Positions 31,536-41,307 of a stretch of 64,000 nt of DNA are shown here, piece after piece. The first letter of the stretch is position 1; each line of letters starts with the position of its first letter. Both the position numbers and the translations under genes were made by a program. The notes beneath the pieces were generated by a model that was given only the letters and a program-made list of their open reading frames with translations, was not told the DNA's origin and did no database searches. The DNA is from an uncultured Hyphomicrobiales bacterium (GTDB taxonomy: Bacteria; Bacteroidota; Ignavibacteria; Kapaibacteriales; UBA2268), in assembly GCA_964606895.1 (NCBI GenBank), contig CAZSHX010000005.1, forward strand, positions 16,936-80,935. Reading direction: 5' to 3'.

Positions 31536-32114
31536 ATGAAAAATTTAGTTTTCTTGATTTTTTGCGTTATTTTGCTCGTCTCATGCGGCAATGATTCGGG
31601 GACAAATGCAGATGATTATAATTCAGGGGGGGATTTGTTCCCAATAAAGCTTGGAAATTTTTGGAATTATTACAAGGAATCCGAAGGTTTTGAAGCCACT
31701 CTTACAATCACAGAAGCTGCAGTTGTCTTTGTTTGGGACGGTATGGCAAATTCCACGAGGATGTCCTCTGATGCCCAAAGGACTGACGGTTCCGGTTCAG
31801 CGAGTATTTTCGATCTTGGCAATAGAGAGCTATCCAAGCAATCTAATGGGGTCTATGTCGGTGCATATAAATCAGATAAAATTCAAACTATATATTTTCT
31901 TCCGAACCAGCCAACTGTTGGTACGGATTCTTATGGCAACACATGGTCAAAGGTTGAGTCCATCGTAACAAAAAAAGGTACTTACAAATATTGCTGGAAA
32001 TGTACTCTTGGCGGCTCATTAAGCGGCTATATGATTTTTAAAAAAGGTGTCGGAGTGGTTTACGCCAATAATATTGCGAGCAACATAGACCTTGAAAGCT
32101 ATACACTGAAGTAA
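31536..32114 (+). CDS. Hypothetical lipoprotein
   Basis: Lipobox LVSC; 'LFPIKLGNFWNY' and 'FKKGVGVV' motifs. Confidence 0.75.
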   Translation: MKNLVFLIFCVILLVSCGNDSGTNADDYNSGGDLFPIKLGNFWNYYKESEGFEATLTITEAAVVFVWDGMANSTRMSSDAQRTDGSGSASIFDLGNRELSKQSNGVYVGAYKSDKIQTIYFLPNQPTVGTDSYGNTWSKVESIVTKKGTYKYCWKCTLGGSLSGYMIFKKGVGVVYANNIASNIDLESYTLK

Positions 32115-32137
32115 GCTTATTAATTTCAGATATTCTT

Positions 32138-32167
32138 CTTCTGTCAGGTGTCACAGCCTGACAGAAG
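32138..32167. repeat. REP-like hairpin CTTCTGTCAGG-N8-CCTGACAGAAG
   Basis: Perfect 11-bp inverted repeat; shares the TTCTGTCAG core with the 15753/15875 elements. Confidence 0.7.
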
Positions 32168-32210
32168 GAAATTATACGACAGAAGTATTATCCTGCCGAA
32201 AGGAAAGAAC

Positions 32211-33128
32211 ATGAAAAACTCATTTCTTTACATCGCCATTTTCTTTTGCTATGCTGTGCTTTATTCCGCCGAGCCGCTGGTGAAATTCTATCTGAATGAT
32301 GGAAACTCGAAGCAGTATAATCTCAGCGAGATTGACAGCTTGGGAGTTATTGATAAAAAGAATAATTATGTGATGAGAATTCATTACGATGATACGCTTA
32401 TCGCATATTATCCGACTGAAATCATCGGAAGTATCAAATTTGAAAATGATTCTTTAAATGTTTACATCTTTTCGTATCCCAAACCATACTTACTAAGTGC
32501 AATTGATAGCTTAATCTTTTATATTGACCAATATCAACCCCTAACAATCGGCTCTCAGGTATGGATGCTTAAGAACCTTAATGTTGACCATTACAGAAAT
32601 GGTGATTCCATACCACATATAACAGATCCTTCAAAATGGGCGCAAGAACTTGGTACATGGTGCTATTACAATAATGACCCTTCAATTGGAGTTATTAACG
32701 GAAAACTATACAACTGGTACGCAGTAAACGACCCTCGTGGATTAGCACCCGTTGGTTGGGATGTCCCTACAGATTCAGAATGGAAAGTATTAGTAATCTA
32801 TTTAGGTATGTCGAAAACTGAAGCTGATTCTCTCGGAGAGCGAGGAAATGATGAAGGAGGAAAGATGAAAGAGATAGGAGAAGAACATTGGAAAAACCCA
32901 AATATTGGTGCAACAAATACAAGTGGTTTTTCTGCTCTTCCGAGCGGCATTTGTGACAACTACCAATCTGCAACCTTTTTAGGATACTATGGGTTTTGGT
33001 GGACCTCAACAGATTATCACACAGATTTCGCATGGAGGAGAGTTTTGGGCAATTATTCAACCAAAGTTTTTAGGACAGGTCAAGGTAAGTTTAACGGTCT
33101 ATCTGTTCGTTGTATCAAAAATAAATAA
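32211..33128 (+). CDS. Secreted Fib_succ_major domain protein, paralog 2
   Basis: Starts MKNSFLYIAIF like the other paralogs (AAGGA upstream); same FISUMP motifs; ends 'GLSVRCIKNK'. Confidence 0.9.
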   Translation: MKNSFLYIAIFFCYAVLYSAEPLVKFYLNDGNSKQYNLSEIDSLGVIDKKNNYVMRIHYDDTLIAYYPTEIIGSIKFENDSLNVYIFSYPKPYLLSAIDSLIFYIDQYQPLTIGSQVWMLKNLNVDHYRNGDSIPHITDPSKWAQELGTWCYYNNDPSIGVINGKLYNWYAVNDPRGLAPVGWDVPTDSEWKVLVIYLGMSKTEADSLGERGNDEGGKMKEIGEEHWKNPNIGATNTSGFSALPSGICDNYQSATFLGYYGFWWTSTDYHTDFAWRRVLGNYSTKVFRTGQGKFNGLSVRCIKNK

Positions 33129-33135
33129 ATATCTA

Positions 33136-33268
33136 TTTGAATCTTTCATATATTTTATTTTATAAGTCCTGCGTCTGAACGATGCAGGACTTTTGTTTTA
33201 TAAATCTCCCGCCTGTTTTATCATTTCAAAATAAATTTATATCGTTTCTGACTTAATTTTTGTGTGAT
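33136..33268 (+). repeat. ~130-bp 3' flank shared with paralog 3, containing hairpin AAGTCCTGCGTC-TGAAC-GATGCAGGACTT (terminator / possible DGR hairpin)
   Basis: Matches the reverse complement of 46446..46578; the hairpin at 33164..33192 is identical. Confidence 0.85.
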
Positions 33269-33511
33269 CTTTTTTTGCGAATGAAGAATATAGATAATTG
33301 ATTCTTTGCAACTTTTAACAAGTGAATCCGTTATAACAAACAACTTTCAGGAAAACACCGGAAAGTTGTTTTTTTTAATTTAGAAAAGTTCAACATTACA
33401 TTTTGAAAATTATTTTTGCGTCCTTTTGCCGCGTTGTGTTTCTTACACTTCGAGTTACATAGCAAAAATGATTTTTGAGATTTTGAAAAGTTAAATAATT
33501 GCATAAAATAT

Positions 33512-35791
33512 ATGAAGATTAAAATTCAATTTTTATACCTGCTTGTTTTGGTTTTTACTGTTTTTTCGGCTCGTGCCAACAATCTTCTGAGCGACGAAGC
33601 TTCGCTGAGCGGATTCGTCAAGGCAGAGGAAACCGAAGAAACGTTAATCGGTGCGTCGGTCTATATTCCATCCATCAAAAAGGGAGCATACACCAATAAA
33701 AGCGGTTTTTTCTCGATAACGGCTATTACTCCCGGCGAATATGTTGTGAAAATTTCAAGTGTAGGATGTGCACCGATTGAAAAGAAATTGAAATTCAAAA
33801 AAAGCCAGCAATTGAGAGAAACATTTTTCCTTACCGAAAATTCTGTTTCAACAGGAGAAGTTTCGGTTGAAGCCGAAAGAGAAGTTGAAAAAAGAGAAAT
33901 TTCAATCAGCCGAATTAATATTCCCATTAAACAGATAAAAGAAATCAGAATTGCCGGCGAATCTGACGTTTTCAGAACTTTACAGCTTTTGCCCGGAGTT
34001 CTGACTTCCTCGCAGATTTCAAGCGGATTGTATATCCGCGGTGGTTCGCCCGACCAGAATCTTGTTTTGATTGACGGTTCCACGGTTTATAATCCTTCTC
34101 ATCTATTTGGTTTTATTTCAACTTTCAATTCTGATGCAATCAAAGATGTCGAGCTGATTAAAGGCGGATATCCGGCTGAGTATGGAAGCAGATTGTCATC
34201 AGTAATAAACATTACCCAGAAAGACGGAAACAGAAGTCACGTTGAGGGCATTGGCTCGATTGGTTTGATTTCTTCCAAACTATCGCTTGATGGTCCAATT
34301 GGAAATGGTTCTTGGTTTATCGGCGGAAGAAGAACATATTTTGACTTAATAAAAAATATTCTGCCAAATGACCCCGAAAATCCAATTCCGGATTTTGGTT
34401 TTTATGATATTAATGCAAAGGTTACCCAGACTTTATCCAAAAATGACCAGATGTTTTTCAGCGGATTTATGAGCAAAGATAATTTTGATTACAGCGGACT
34501 TGGGCTGAAAACTAATTTATACATGGGAAACAAAACCGGCTCTCTGCGTTGGACTCATATTTTTGGCGATAATTTATTTTCTGTTTTAAACCTTTCGGGA
34601 AGTAACTATACTAATGGTTTGACTCAGGACCTGACCGGATACAAAACAAGCATGGAAAACTCCATTACAGATTATACACTTAAAGGTAACCTTGAATGGT
34701 TCACTACTGAAAAACTTACGATTATAACAGGATTTGAAGCCAGCAATTTTATTTTCGGTTATAACCAGAATTTTTCCGGCAGTGATGCACCCACACCGAA
34801 AGGCACAAACGACGGAAGCAAAACTAATATGCTTTATCAGGACTGGACATATTCGCTTTTCGGTTCGGGGAATTACCGAATAACCGAACTTCTGTCTTTG
34901 CAGGGCGGATTGAGGGTTAATTACTGGGATTTCTCGAAATATGCAACGTATGACCCCAGGGTTGCAATTCGCTGGCAGGCACAGGAGAATATTTCAATAA
35001 AAGCCTCTTGGGGAATGTTTCATCAGTACCTGAGATTAGCCGGATTCGAGAATTTTTCGTTGTTTGATACATGGCTTCCAACAGACAAAACAGTTCAGCC
35101 GGCTCAGGCAAACCATTATATTCTTAGTATGGAAACAACTCCTTTTGACGACATAACTTTGAATGTAGATTTATACTATAAAGACCTGATGAACATCAGC
35201 GAGATGAACACAAAAGCCTTCACCGGAAAAAAGGTTTCTGATTTGTTTTTCAGCGGAAACGGCAAAGCTTACGGACTTGAACTGTTCATCCAGAAAAAAG
35301 TCGGCAAACTTGCAGGATGGATAGGCTACGGACTTGGTTTTGTTTATGCAAAGTTTGACAGTATCAACAATGGTGCTCAGTTTCGTCCGAAATATGACAG
35401 AAGGCATGATTTGAAGATAGTTCTTCAGTACGAGTTGAGTAAAAAATGGAGTTTAGGTGCCACATTTTTATTCCAGAGCGGACAGTCCTACACCGGAGCA
35501 ACTTCAAGATTTCAAATTGAACTGCCTGACCAAAATCTGGGACGAGGGAAAATTATACCTTCACAAAGGTTTGGTCTGAGACTTCCTGCATCGCATCAAT
35601 TAAATTTAAGCGGAAGTTACAATACTACTTTATTTGGCGAGCCATTCAGAATTATTCTGGATATTTTCAATGTTTATTCAAGAAGAGATATTCTGATGAG
35701 ATACTACGATGCAAGCATGGAGGAAACAAGTGTTAAGGATGTTAAACTACTGCCAATCATACCAACATTATCTATTGAAATGAAATTTTAA
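33512..35791 (+). CDS. TonB-dependent receptor with carboxypeptidase-regulatory-like N-domain
   Basis: 'DVFRTLQLLPGV', 'YIRGGSPDQNL.LIDG..VYNPSH', 'KGGYPAEYG.RLSSV'; C-terminal Phe. Confidence 0.9.
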   Translation: MKIKIQFLYLLVLVFTVFSARANNLLSDEASLSGFVKAEETEETLIGASVYIPSIKKGAYTNKSGFFSITAITPGEYVVKISSVGCAPIEKKLKFKKSQQLRETFFLTENSVSTGEVSVEAEREVEKREISISRINIPIKQIKEIRIAGESDVFRTLQLLPGVLTSSQISSGLYIRGGSPDQNLVLIDGSTVYNPSHLFGFISTFNSDAIKDVELIKGGYPAEYGSRLSSVINITQKDGNRSHVEGIGSIGLISSKLSLDGPIGNGSWFIGGRRTYFDLIKNILPNDPENPIPDFGFYDINAKVTQTLSKNDQMFFSGFMSKDNFDYSGLGLKTNLYMGNKTGSLRWTHIFGDNLFSVLNLSGSNYTNGLTQDLTGYKTSMENSITDYTLKGNLEWFTTEKLTIITGFEASNFIFGYNQNFSGSDAPTPKGTNDGSKTNMLYQDWTYSLFGSGNYRITELLSLQGGLRVNYWDFSKYATYDPRVAIRWQAQENISIKASWGMFHQYLRLAGFENFSLFDTWLPTDKTVQPAQANHYILSMETTPFDDITLNVDLYYKDLMNISEMNTKAFTGKKVSDLFFSGNGKAYGLELFIQKKVGKLAGWIGYGLGFVYAKFDSINNGAQFRPKYDRRHDLKIVLQYELSKKWSLGATFLFQSGQSYTGATSRFQIELPDQNLGRGKIIPSQRFGLRLPASHQLNLSGSYNTTLFGEPFRIILDIFNVYSRRDILMRYYDASMEETSVKDVKLLPIIPTLSIEMKF

Positions 35792-35804
35792 GGGATCGGG
35801 AAAA

Positions 35805-36683
35805 ATGATGAAAAACAAAATAACAATATTCGGCTCAATGTTAATAATGCTTTTGATGCATCTTCTCACATCCTGCGAAGATGCACCTCCAACAGAGTAT
35901 GTTCCGGAGCATTATGTTGAAGCTTTTATCTTGGTTGGGGAACCGATTGCAGGTATCCGGGTTTATCTGACACAGCCCACCACCTCAAAATACAGCGATT
36001 CAATTGCAGTGATAAGAGATGCCGACATTAGAATTATTGATGATAAAGACACAATGAAACTTGCTTTCAGAGAAAATCCGGGAATGGGATATTTCTATCC
36101 GGATACAAATTACAAGGTGAAACCCAACACTGACTACAAGCTAAGAGTTACTTTGAAGGACGGGAAAATTATTACAGGACAAACAAAAACTCTTGGTACA
36201 GTTAATTGGATAAATGAACCCAAAGATTATATGTATTTTCCCAAAGATACTCTGAATCCAAAGGCTATAGATTCAATCGCAATAAAATGGTCAAAAGTTC
36301 CAGGTATAGTTTTTTATATATTGAATGTCCGATGTCTGGATACTCTTAATTATGGGAAATATCTGACTCCTGCAACTGATGAAATGAACAGAAGAACTTT
36401 CAATATATTTTATAGAGATAATGACAAGACTTACCGTGAATTATCATCCATAAATTTTGTTGGGGATTCAACAACTCCTGTAGTCTGGATGGCTTTCAAA
36501 TGGTTCGGAAAGCAGGAAGTAACAGTTTATGCACCTGACAATAACTATTTGAAATGGTTCAAAAATCAAATGTTCTCCCAATATCATGACCCGCTGATGA
36601 ATTCAGTGACAAATGCTATCGGAGTATTTGGTTCTGCATCGGTAGTCAGGAAACAATGCTTCCTTGTCAAAAATCAACCATAG
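35805..36683 (+). CDS. DUF4249-like lipoprotein (TBDR partner)
   Basis: Lipobox LTSC; C-terminal 'NAIGVFGS'; directly downstream of the TBDR. Confidence 0.7.
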   Translation: MMKNKITIFGSMLIMLLMHLLTSCEDAPPTEYVPEHYVEAFILVGEPIAGIRVYLTQPTTSKYSDSIAVIRDADIRIIDDKDTMKLAFRENPGMGYFYPDTNYKVKPNTDYKLRVTLKDGKIITGQTKTLGTVNWINEPKDYMYFPKDTLNPKAIDSIAIKWSKVPGIVFYILNVRCLDTLNYGKYLTPATDEMNRRTFNIFYRDNDKTYRELSSINFVGDSTTPVVWMAFKWFGKQEVTVYAPDNNYLKWFKNQMFSQYHDPLMNSVTNAIGVFGSASVVRKQCFLVKNQP

Positions 36684-36692
36684 ATCAAGTGT

Positions 36693-37037
36693 CTATTCTT
36701 CGTCAAAGCTTTGGATTGCTTCTTCAACACTCGGAAACAGTTCGAACAAATCTTCAATGTGCGAGATACTCAGCATTTTCAGAACAGATTCCTGAGCTCC
36801 GCAAATTATTATGGGCAGGTCATACTCGCTCATTTGTCTTTGGGCAAGAAGAAGAGCACCAAGACCGGAACTGTCAATATACTCAACGGTTGACAAGTCA
36901 ATAATCAGACCTTCGATGTCCGGTTGTGTGATAATCAGTAGCTTTGCTTTAAGTTCTGCCGATACTTCGGAAGTCAACTTTTGATTCTTTAGAGTGAAAA
37001 CTACTAAATTGTCTTTGTGTTCGAGAGAAAAATTCAT
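36693..37037 (-). CDS. STAS-domain anti-anti-sigma factor
   Basis: 'IIDLS.VEYIDSSGLGALL'. Confidence 0.9.
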   Translation of the reverse strand: MNFSLEHKDNLVVFTLKNQKLTSEVSAELKAKLLIITQPDIEGLIIDLSTVEYIDSSGLGALLLAQRQMSEYDLPIIICGAQESVLKMLSISHIEDLFELFPSVEEAIQSFDEE

Positions 37038-37102
37038 ATTTTTATAATTTATTAATTAATGATTCCAAATTCAGTTTTGTATAAATCTGTCTTTTTTCAA
37101 AT

Positions 37103-38134
37103 ATGAAATTAAAAAAAAGTATAGACATAAACAAATTACTTATAATAAGATTAAGTTCAATGGGTGATATTATTCTGACTACTCCCGTCGTCAGAGTGCT
37201 GGAAACTGCCTTCCCCAACGCTGAAATTGATTTTCTTACGTCATCGCAATTTACTGAAATATATAGATATAACCCATATTTGAATAATGTAATTGAATAT
37301 GATAAATCAAAGAATATTCGTGAAAATGAGAAAATAAAGAATATTCTTTTTAATGGAAAAAAATATGATTTGATTGTTGACCTGCAAAATAATCTGAGGT
37401 CAAAAAATTATTCTTCAGAACTCTCGGATAATATTTTGAGAATCAAAAAAAACAGATTTCACAAACTTTCACTCGTTTACCTCAAAAAACCTGTACTGAA
37501 AAATTATTCTGTTGTTGAAAATTATTTCAATTCAATTGCTGAAATTGGAATAAAACCGGATAACAAAGGATTGGAAATTTGGACACCTCAGGAAAAAGCA
37601 GATGGTGTTTACTTGAAATCCATAAATTTCAAAAAAACATCAATTGCAATAGCACCCGGAGCAAATCATTTTACAAAAAGATGGCTACCCGAAAGATTTG
37701 CAGAACTTGCCCGCAAATTGAAATCGGAACTTAATGTAAACATCATTCTTCTTGGCGGAACTCAGGACAAAGACCTTTGCCGAAATATTAACGAAATGGC
37801 AGGAGGAAATCTTGAAGATTGTTCGGATTCAACTTCGATTTTAGAAACTACTGAACAAATTGATAAATGCAATTTGCTTATTACCAATGACACAGGAGTT
37901 ATGCACATTGCCGCTTCAAGACAAGTGCCGATTCTGGCAATTTTCGGTTCAAGCGTCAAAGAACTTGGTTTTCTGCCATATAAAGTTCCATTTAAAATTA
38001 TTGAAAAAGAAATGTCTTGCAGACCATGCAGTCACATAGGAAGAAGTTCCTGCCCCAAAAAACATTTTAACTGCATGAAAAATATTGATGTTGAAGATAT
38101 ATTTGAATATGCATTGAAGCTTATAGCAACTTAA
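37103..38134 (+). CDS. GT9 glycosyltransferase (heptosyltransferase-like)
   Basis: 'IRLSSMGDIILTTP', 'APGA...TKRW', 'TNDTG.MHIA', 'CRPC...C'. Confidence 0.9.
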   Translation: MKLKKSIDINKLLIIRLSSMGDIILTTPVVRVLETAFPNAEIDFLTSSQFTEIYRYNPYLNNVIEYDKSKNIRENEKIKNILFNGKKYDLIVDLQNNLRSKNYSSELSDNILRIKKNRFHKLSLVYLKKPVLKNYSVVENYFNSIAEIGIKPDNKGLEIWTPQEKADGVYLKSINFKKTSIAIAPGANHFTKRWLPERFAELARKLKSELNVNIILLGGTQDKDLCRNINEMAGGNLEDCSDSTSILETTEQIDKCNLLITNDTGVMHIAASRQVPILAIFGSSVKELGFLPYKVPFKIIEKEMSCRPCSHIGRSSCPKKHFNCMKNIDVEDIFEYALKLIAT

Positions 38135-38257
38135 TTTCCACTTTTTTTTAGAAAATCGGAATAAATTATCCGTATTCATTAAATATTTGATAATTATTAC
38201 CGAAAACAAATATTTACAAACTCAGTTTTTTGAATAAGATTTTTTGATGGAGAAATT

Positions 38258-39658
38258 ATGAACAAATTATTTAAACTTTTTGTAATCATTAGCTTTGCAT
38301 TTTCGATTTTATCGGCGGAGGAGAAAGTTGACGACTGGAAATTTACAGGTGGTATTCAAATTCGTTCCGAACTCGATGGACGTGACTTCTCTAATCTCAC
38401 CTATCCCTATTCTTACACAGGTTTAAGAACGAGAATCGCTGTGGAAAAATCATTGTTCAATCATGTGTCATTCTTTGCTCAGATTCAGGATTCACGTGTT
38501 TACGGAGAAGAAACTTCATGGACTGCAAATATGAAAAATCTTGATTTGCATCAGGGGTATGTGATGATAAATAATATTTTTGACCAGCCTCTTTATCTAA
38601 AAGGCGGTAGATTTGAAATGTCCTACAGTTCAGGCAGAATAATCCAGTCCAGCCAATGGTCTTATATTGGCGGGTCCTTTGACGGATTAATTCTCGACTA
38701 CAAAACTGATGCTTTTTATGTAGATTTATTTGGTTTTACAACTGCCAATTCGAAATCGCTTTTGAGTTCCTCAATTCCGGATACAACTCAATATCCTTAT
38801 CCTTCCAAAAACGATGTCGGGATGAGTGTCTGGGGATTTTGGGGAAATGCAAAAATTACAAAAGACCAGCAGGTTAATTTATTTACATATTACGAGTTTA
38901 ATGGAAAAAAAGCTGATGAAATTCATAATGATTTGATGAGATTTACATCAGGGTTGAACTATGAATTGAAAATCGGTGATTTTTCGGCAAATGTCGAATT
39001 CGGATATCAATTCGGAACAGGAAATTATAAAATCGGGAAAAATCCTGCAAAATATTCTTACTCAATGAAAGCAACATCCGATACAACCTATAAAATTGTC
39101 AAGGATTCAACTATTACAGATAAGTACGGGAATCTTGATATCGCTTCCTACATGGCATTTATCGGATTAAAATACAATTTCAGTCCATTGGTAGTATCCG
39201 TTAATGCAGACATTATGTCGGGAACAAAATATACAGAAAAGGAAAAAGTAAACGTATTTTACGGGGATTATGCAAGCAAGCATACATTCTTCGGTTATAT
39301 GGATTATTTCAGCAATCTTGACAAATCAACCAAGGGCAGAGGAGTTAATGACTATTTCCTGAGATTGGAATATCTGCCAAAGGAAAGCCCTTTTTCAGCT
39401 CAACTTGACGGACACTACTTCCTGACTAACGTACCATACCAAATGGCTGATAAATCCGAGAATTCGAATCTTGGTCAGGAAGTTGACCTTGTTTTGAAGT
39501 ACAAGGCTCTGAAAAACACAACAGTTGAATGGGGCGGCTCTGTATTTCTTCCGGGTGATGTCAGCAAAGATGTATATTCCTTAAAAAGCGGAACAACTGT
39601 TATTAAGAGGGAGGATCCGGCATTTTGGACTTATCTGATGCTAAGGGTTTTCATGTAG
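38258..39658 (+). CDS. Alginate-export-family outer-membrane beta-barrel
   Basis: 'QIQDSRVYG', 'LDLHQGY', 'H.FFGYMDYF', 'LGQEVDL'. Confidence 0.75.
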   Translation: MNKLFKLFVIISFAFSILSAEEKVDDWKFTGGIQIRSELDGRDFSNLTYPYSYTGLRTRIAVEKSLFNHVSFFAQIQDSRVYGEETSWTANMKNLDLHQGYVMINNIFDQPLYLKGGRFEMSYSSGRIIQSSQWSYIGGSFDGLILDYKTDAFYVDLFGFTTANSKSLLSSSIPDTTQYPYPSKNDVGMSVWGFWGNAKITKDQQVNLFTYYEFNGKKADEIHNDLMRFTSGLNYELKIGDFSANVEFGYQFGTGNYKIGKNPAKYSYSMKATSDTTYKIVKDSTITDKYGNLDIASYMAFIGLKYNFSPLVVSVNADIMSGTKYTEKEKVNVFYGDYASKHTFFGYMDYFSNLDKSTKGRGVNDYFLRLEYLPKESPFSAQLDGHYFLTNVPYQMADKSENSNLGQEVDLVLKYKALKNTTVEWGGSVFLPGDVSKDVYSLKSGTTVIKREDPAFWTYLMLRVFM

Positions 39659-39675
39659 AATGTATTTACTGATTT

Positions 39676-39718
39676 AAAAAAACTCATCCGTCTCTTCAAT
39701 TGCCGGATGAGTTTTTTT
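39676..39718. terminator. Intrinsic terminator
   Basis: AAAAAAACTCATCCG...CGGATGAGTTTTTTT. Confidence 0.75.
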
Positions 39719-39796
39719 ATTTTGCAAATTACTGTAAATACTTTCCATTTCTTTCCGTCATACAGTATTGTTTAACAACTATATTCTAAGGAAATC

Positions 39797-40228
39797 ATGA
39801 AAAAGATATTAGCTTTTCTTTTTGCGGCTACATTGATGGCAGGATTGTTTACATCTTGCTCGAAAGACACCACGACTAATAACCCTACTCCGGTAATTAA
39901 TCTTACAGGACATTGGATTGGTTCTCAAAGTTACATGGGAGTATTAACCGTAAAGTTAGACTTGAATCTAACTGATGTTGCCGGTGTATTGGGCGGAACC
40001 GGTAAAGTTACATATACTCCAGTTTTGGGCTCACCATCTGATATAGATATTCCTATCATAGTAGGTACTTTTAAAAATCCAGATGTCAATCTGACATTAG
40101 CAGTAATTTCATATTCGGGTAAGCTTTCTTCAGACCAAAAGCAAATTGTCGGGAATACTACTATTCCTGCAAATACATATACAGGCAATGTTCCTATTAC
40201 AGTAGCTATAACCTTAATTAAACAATAA
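39797..40228 (+). CDS. Hypothetical lipoprotein
   Basis: Lipobox FTSC; small all-beta domain. Confidence 0.7.
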   Translation: MKKILAFLFAATLMAGLFTSCSKDTTTNNPTPVINLTGHWIGSQSYMGVLTVKLDLNLTDVAGVLGGTGKVTYTPVLGSPSDIDIPIIVGTFKNPDVNLTLAVISYSGKLSSDQKQIVGNTTIPANTYTGNVPITVAITLIKQ

Positions 40229-40254
40229 ATCGTAAAATAATTGTTCGGAAAAAT

Positions 40255-40659
40255 ATGTTAAAAGCTATCAATCATATTGGTATTGCTGTCAAAAATCTTG
40301 ACGACAGCATACCGGTTTTTCAATCTATTTTTCAGTTTAAAGATGTACACCGTGAGATTGTTGAGGCTCAAAAAGTTCAGGTTGCTTCTTTCAAAGTTGG
40401 TGATGTTCTGATTGAACTTACTGCACCGACTGATGCTGAATCACCCATTGCCAAGTTCCTCGAAAAAAAAGGCGAGGGCATTCATCACATAGCTTTTGAG
40501 TCTTCGGATGTTACTTCTGAACTGAAAAGCCTGAGTGAAAATGGTGTGAAACTTATAAATGAAACTCCGGTTCCCGGAGCTCATGAAATGCTGATTGCCT
40601 TTCTGCACCCAAAATCAACAAATGGTGTGCTGATGGAAATTTGTCAACCAAAACATTAA
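40255..40659 (+). CDS. mce: Methylmalonyl-CoA epimerase
   Basis: 'HIGIAV', 'SPIAKFLEKKGEGIHHIA', 'FLHPKSTNGVL.E'. Confidence 0.92.
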   Translation: MLKAINHIGIAVKNLDDSIPVFQSIFQFKDVHREIVEAQKVQVASFKVGDVLIELTAPTDAESPIAKFLEKKGEGIHHIAFESSDVTSELKSLSENGVKLINETPVPGAHEMLIAFLHPKSTNGVLMEICQPKH

Positions 40660-40680
40660 TTTTTTATATATTGGAGGAAT

Positions 40681-41307
40681 ATGCCCCGGCTTATTTTATT
40701 AAGACATGGTGAGTCTGAATGGAATCTTCAGAATAAATTCACCGGTTGGGTGGATGTTGATTTATCGCATCGTGGTGTTCACGAAGCGGTAAATGCAGGA
40801 AAGTTATTAAAACATTATAAAATAGATTATCTTTTTACTTCCGAGCTGAAAAGAGCCATAAGAACCGCAGAGCTTGCTTTTGCCGAAATGGGTTTGGTTA
40901 ATGTGCCAACCGAAAGAAACCAGGCTTTGAACGAAAGGCATTATGGCGATTTGCAGGGGCTTAACAAAGCCGAAACCGGCGAAAAGTTTGGTCAGGAACA
41001 GCTTAAAATTTGGAGGAGAAGTTACGACATTGCCCCTCCAAATGGCGAATCACTCAAGGATACAAAAGATAGAGTTATGCCCTACTATTTTGATAATATT
41101 TTACCAAAGCTGAAAGAGGGTAAAAATGTTTTCATAACTGCTCACGGAAACTCTCTGAGGTCATTGGTGATGTACCTTGATAATCTCAGCAAAGAGGAAG
41201 TGCTTGAATTGAATATTCCTACCGGAATACCGCTTATCTATAACTTAGATGATAATTGCAACGTAATTGACAGTTTTTATTTGAACCCGGAAGAATCAGA
41301 TGTTTAA
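40681..41307 (+). CDS. gpmA: 2,3-BPG-dependent phosphoglycerate mutase
   Basis: 'RHGESEWN..N.FTGW.D', 'LNERHYG.LQG', 'AHGNSLR'. Confidence 0.95.
   Translation: MPRLILLRHGESEWNLQNKFTGWVDVDLSHRGVHEAVNAGKLLKHYKIDYLFTSELKRAIRTAELAFAEMGLVNVPTERNQALNERHYGDLQGLNKAETGEKFGQEQLKIWRRSYDIAPPNGESLKDTKDRVMPYYFDNILPKLKEGKNVFITAHGNSLRSLVMYLDNLSKEEVLELNIPTGIPLIYNLDDNCNVIDSFYLNPEESDV

Noticed and set aside
32148-32210. N-terminal extension of paralog 2 given in the ORF track
   Set aside because: It begins at a GTG inside a REP hairpin. The paralogs and the RBS indicate ATG 32211.
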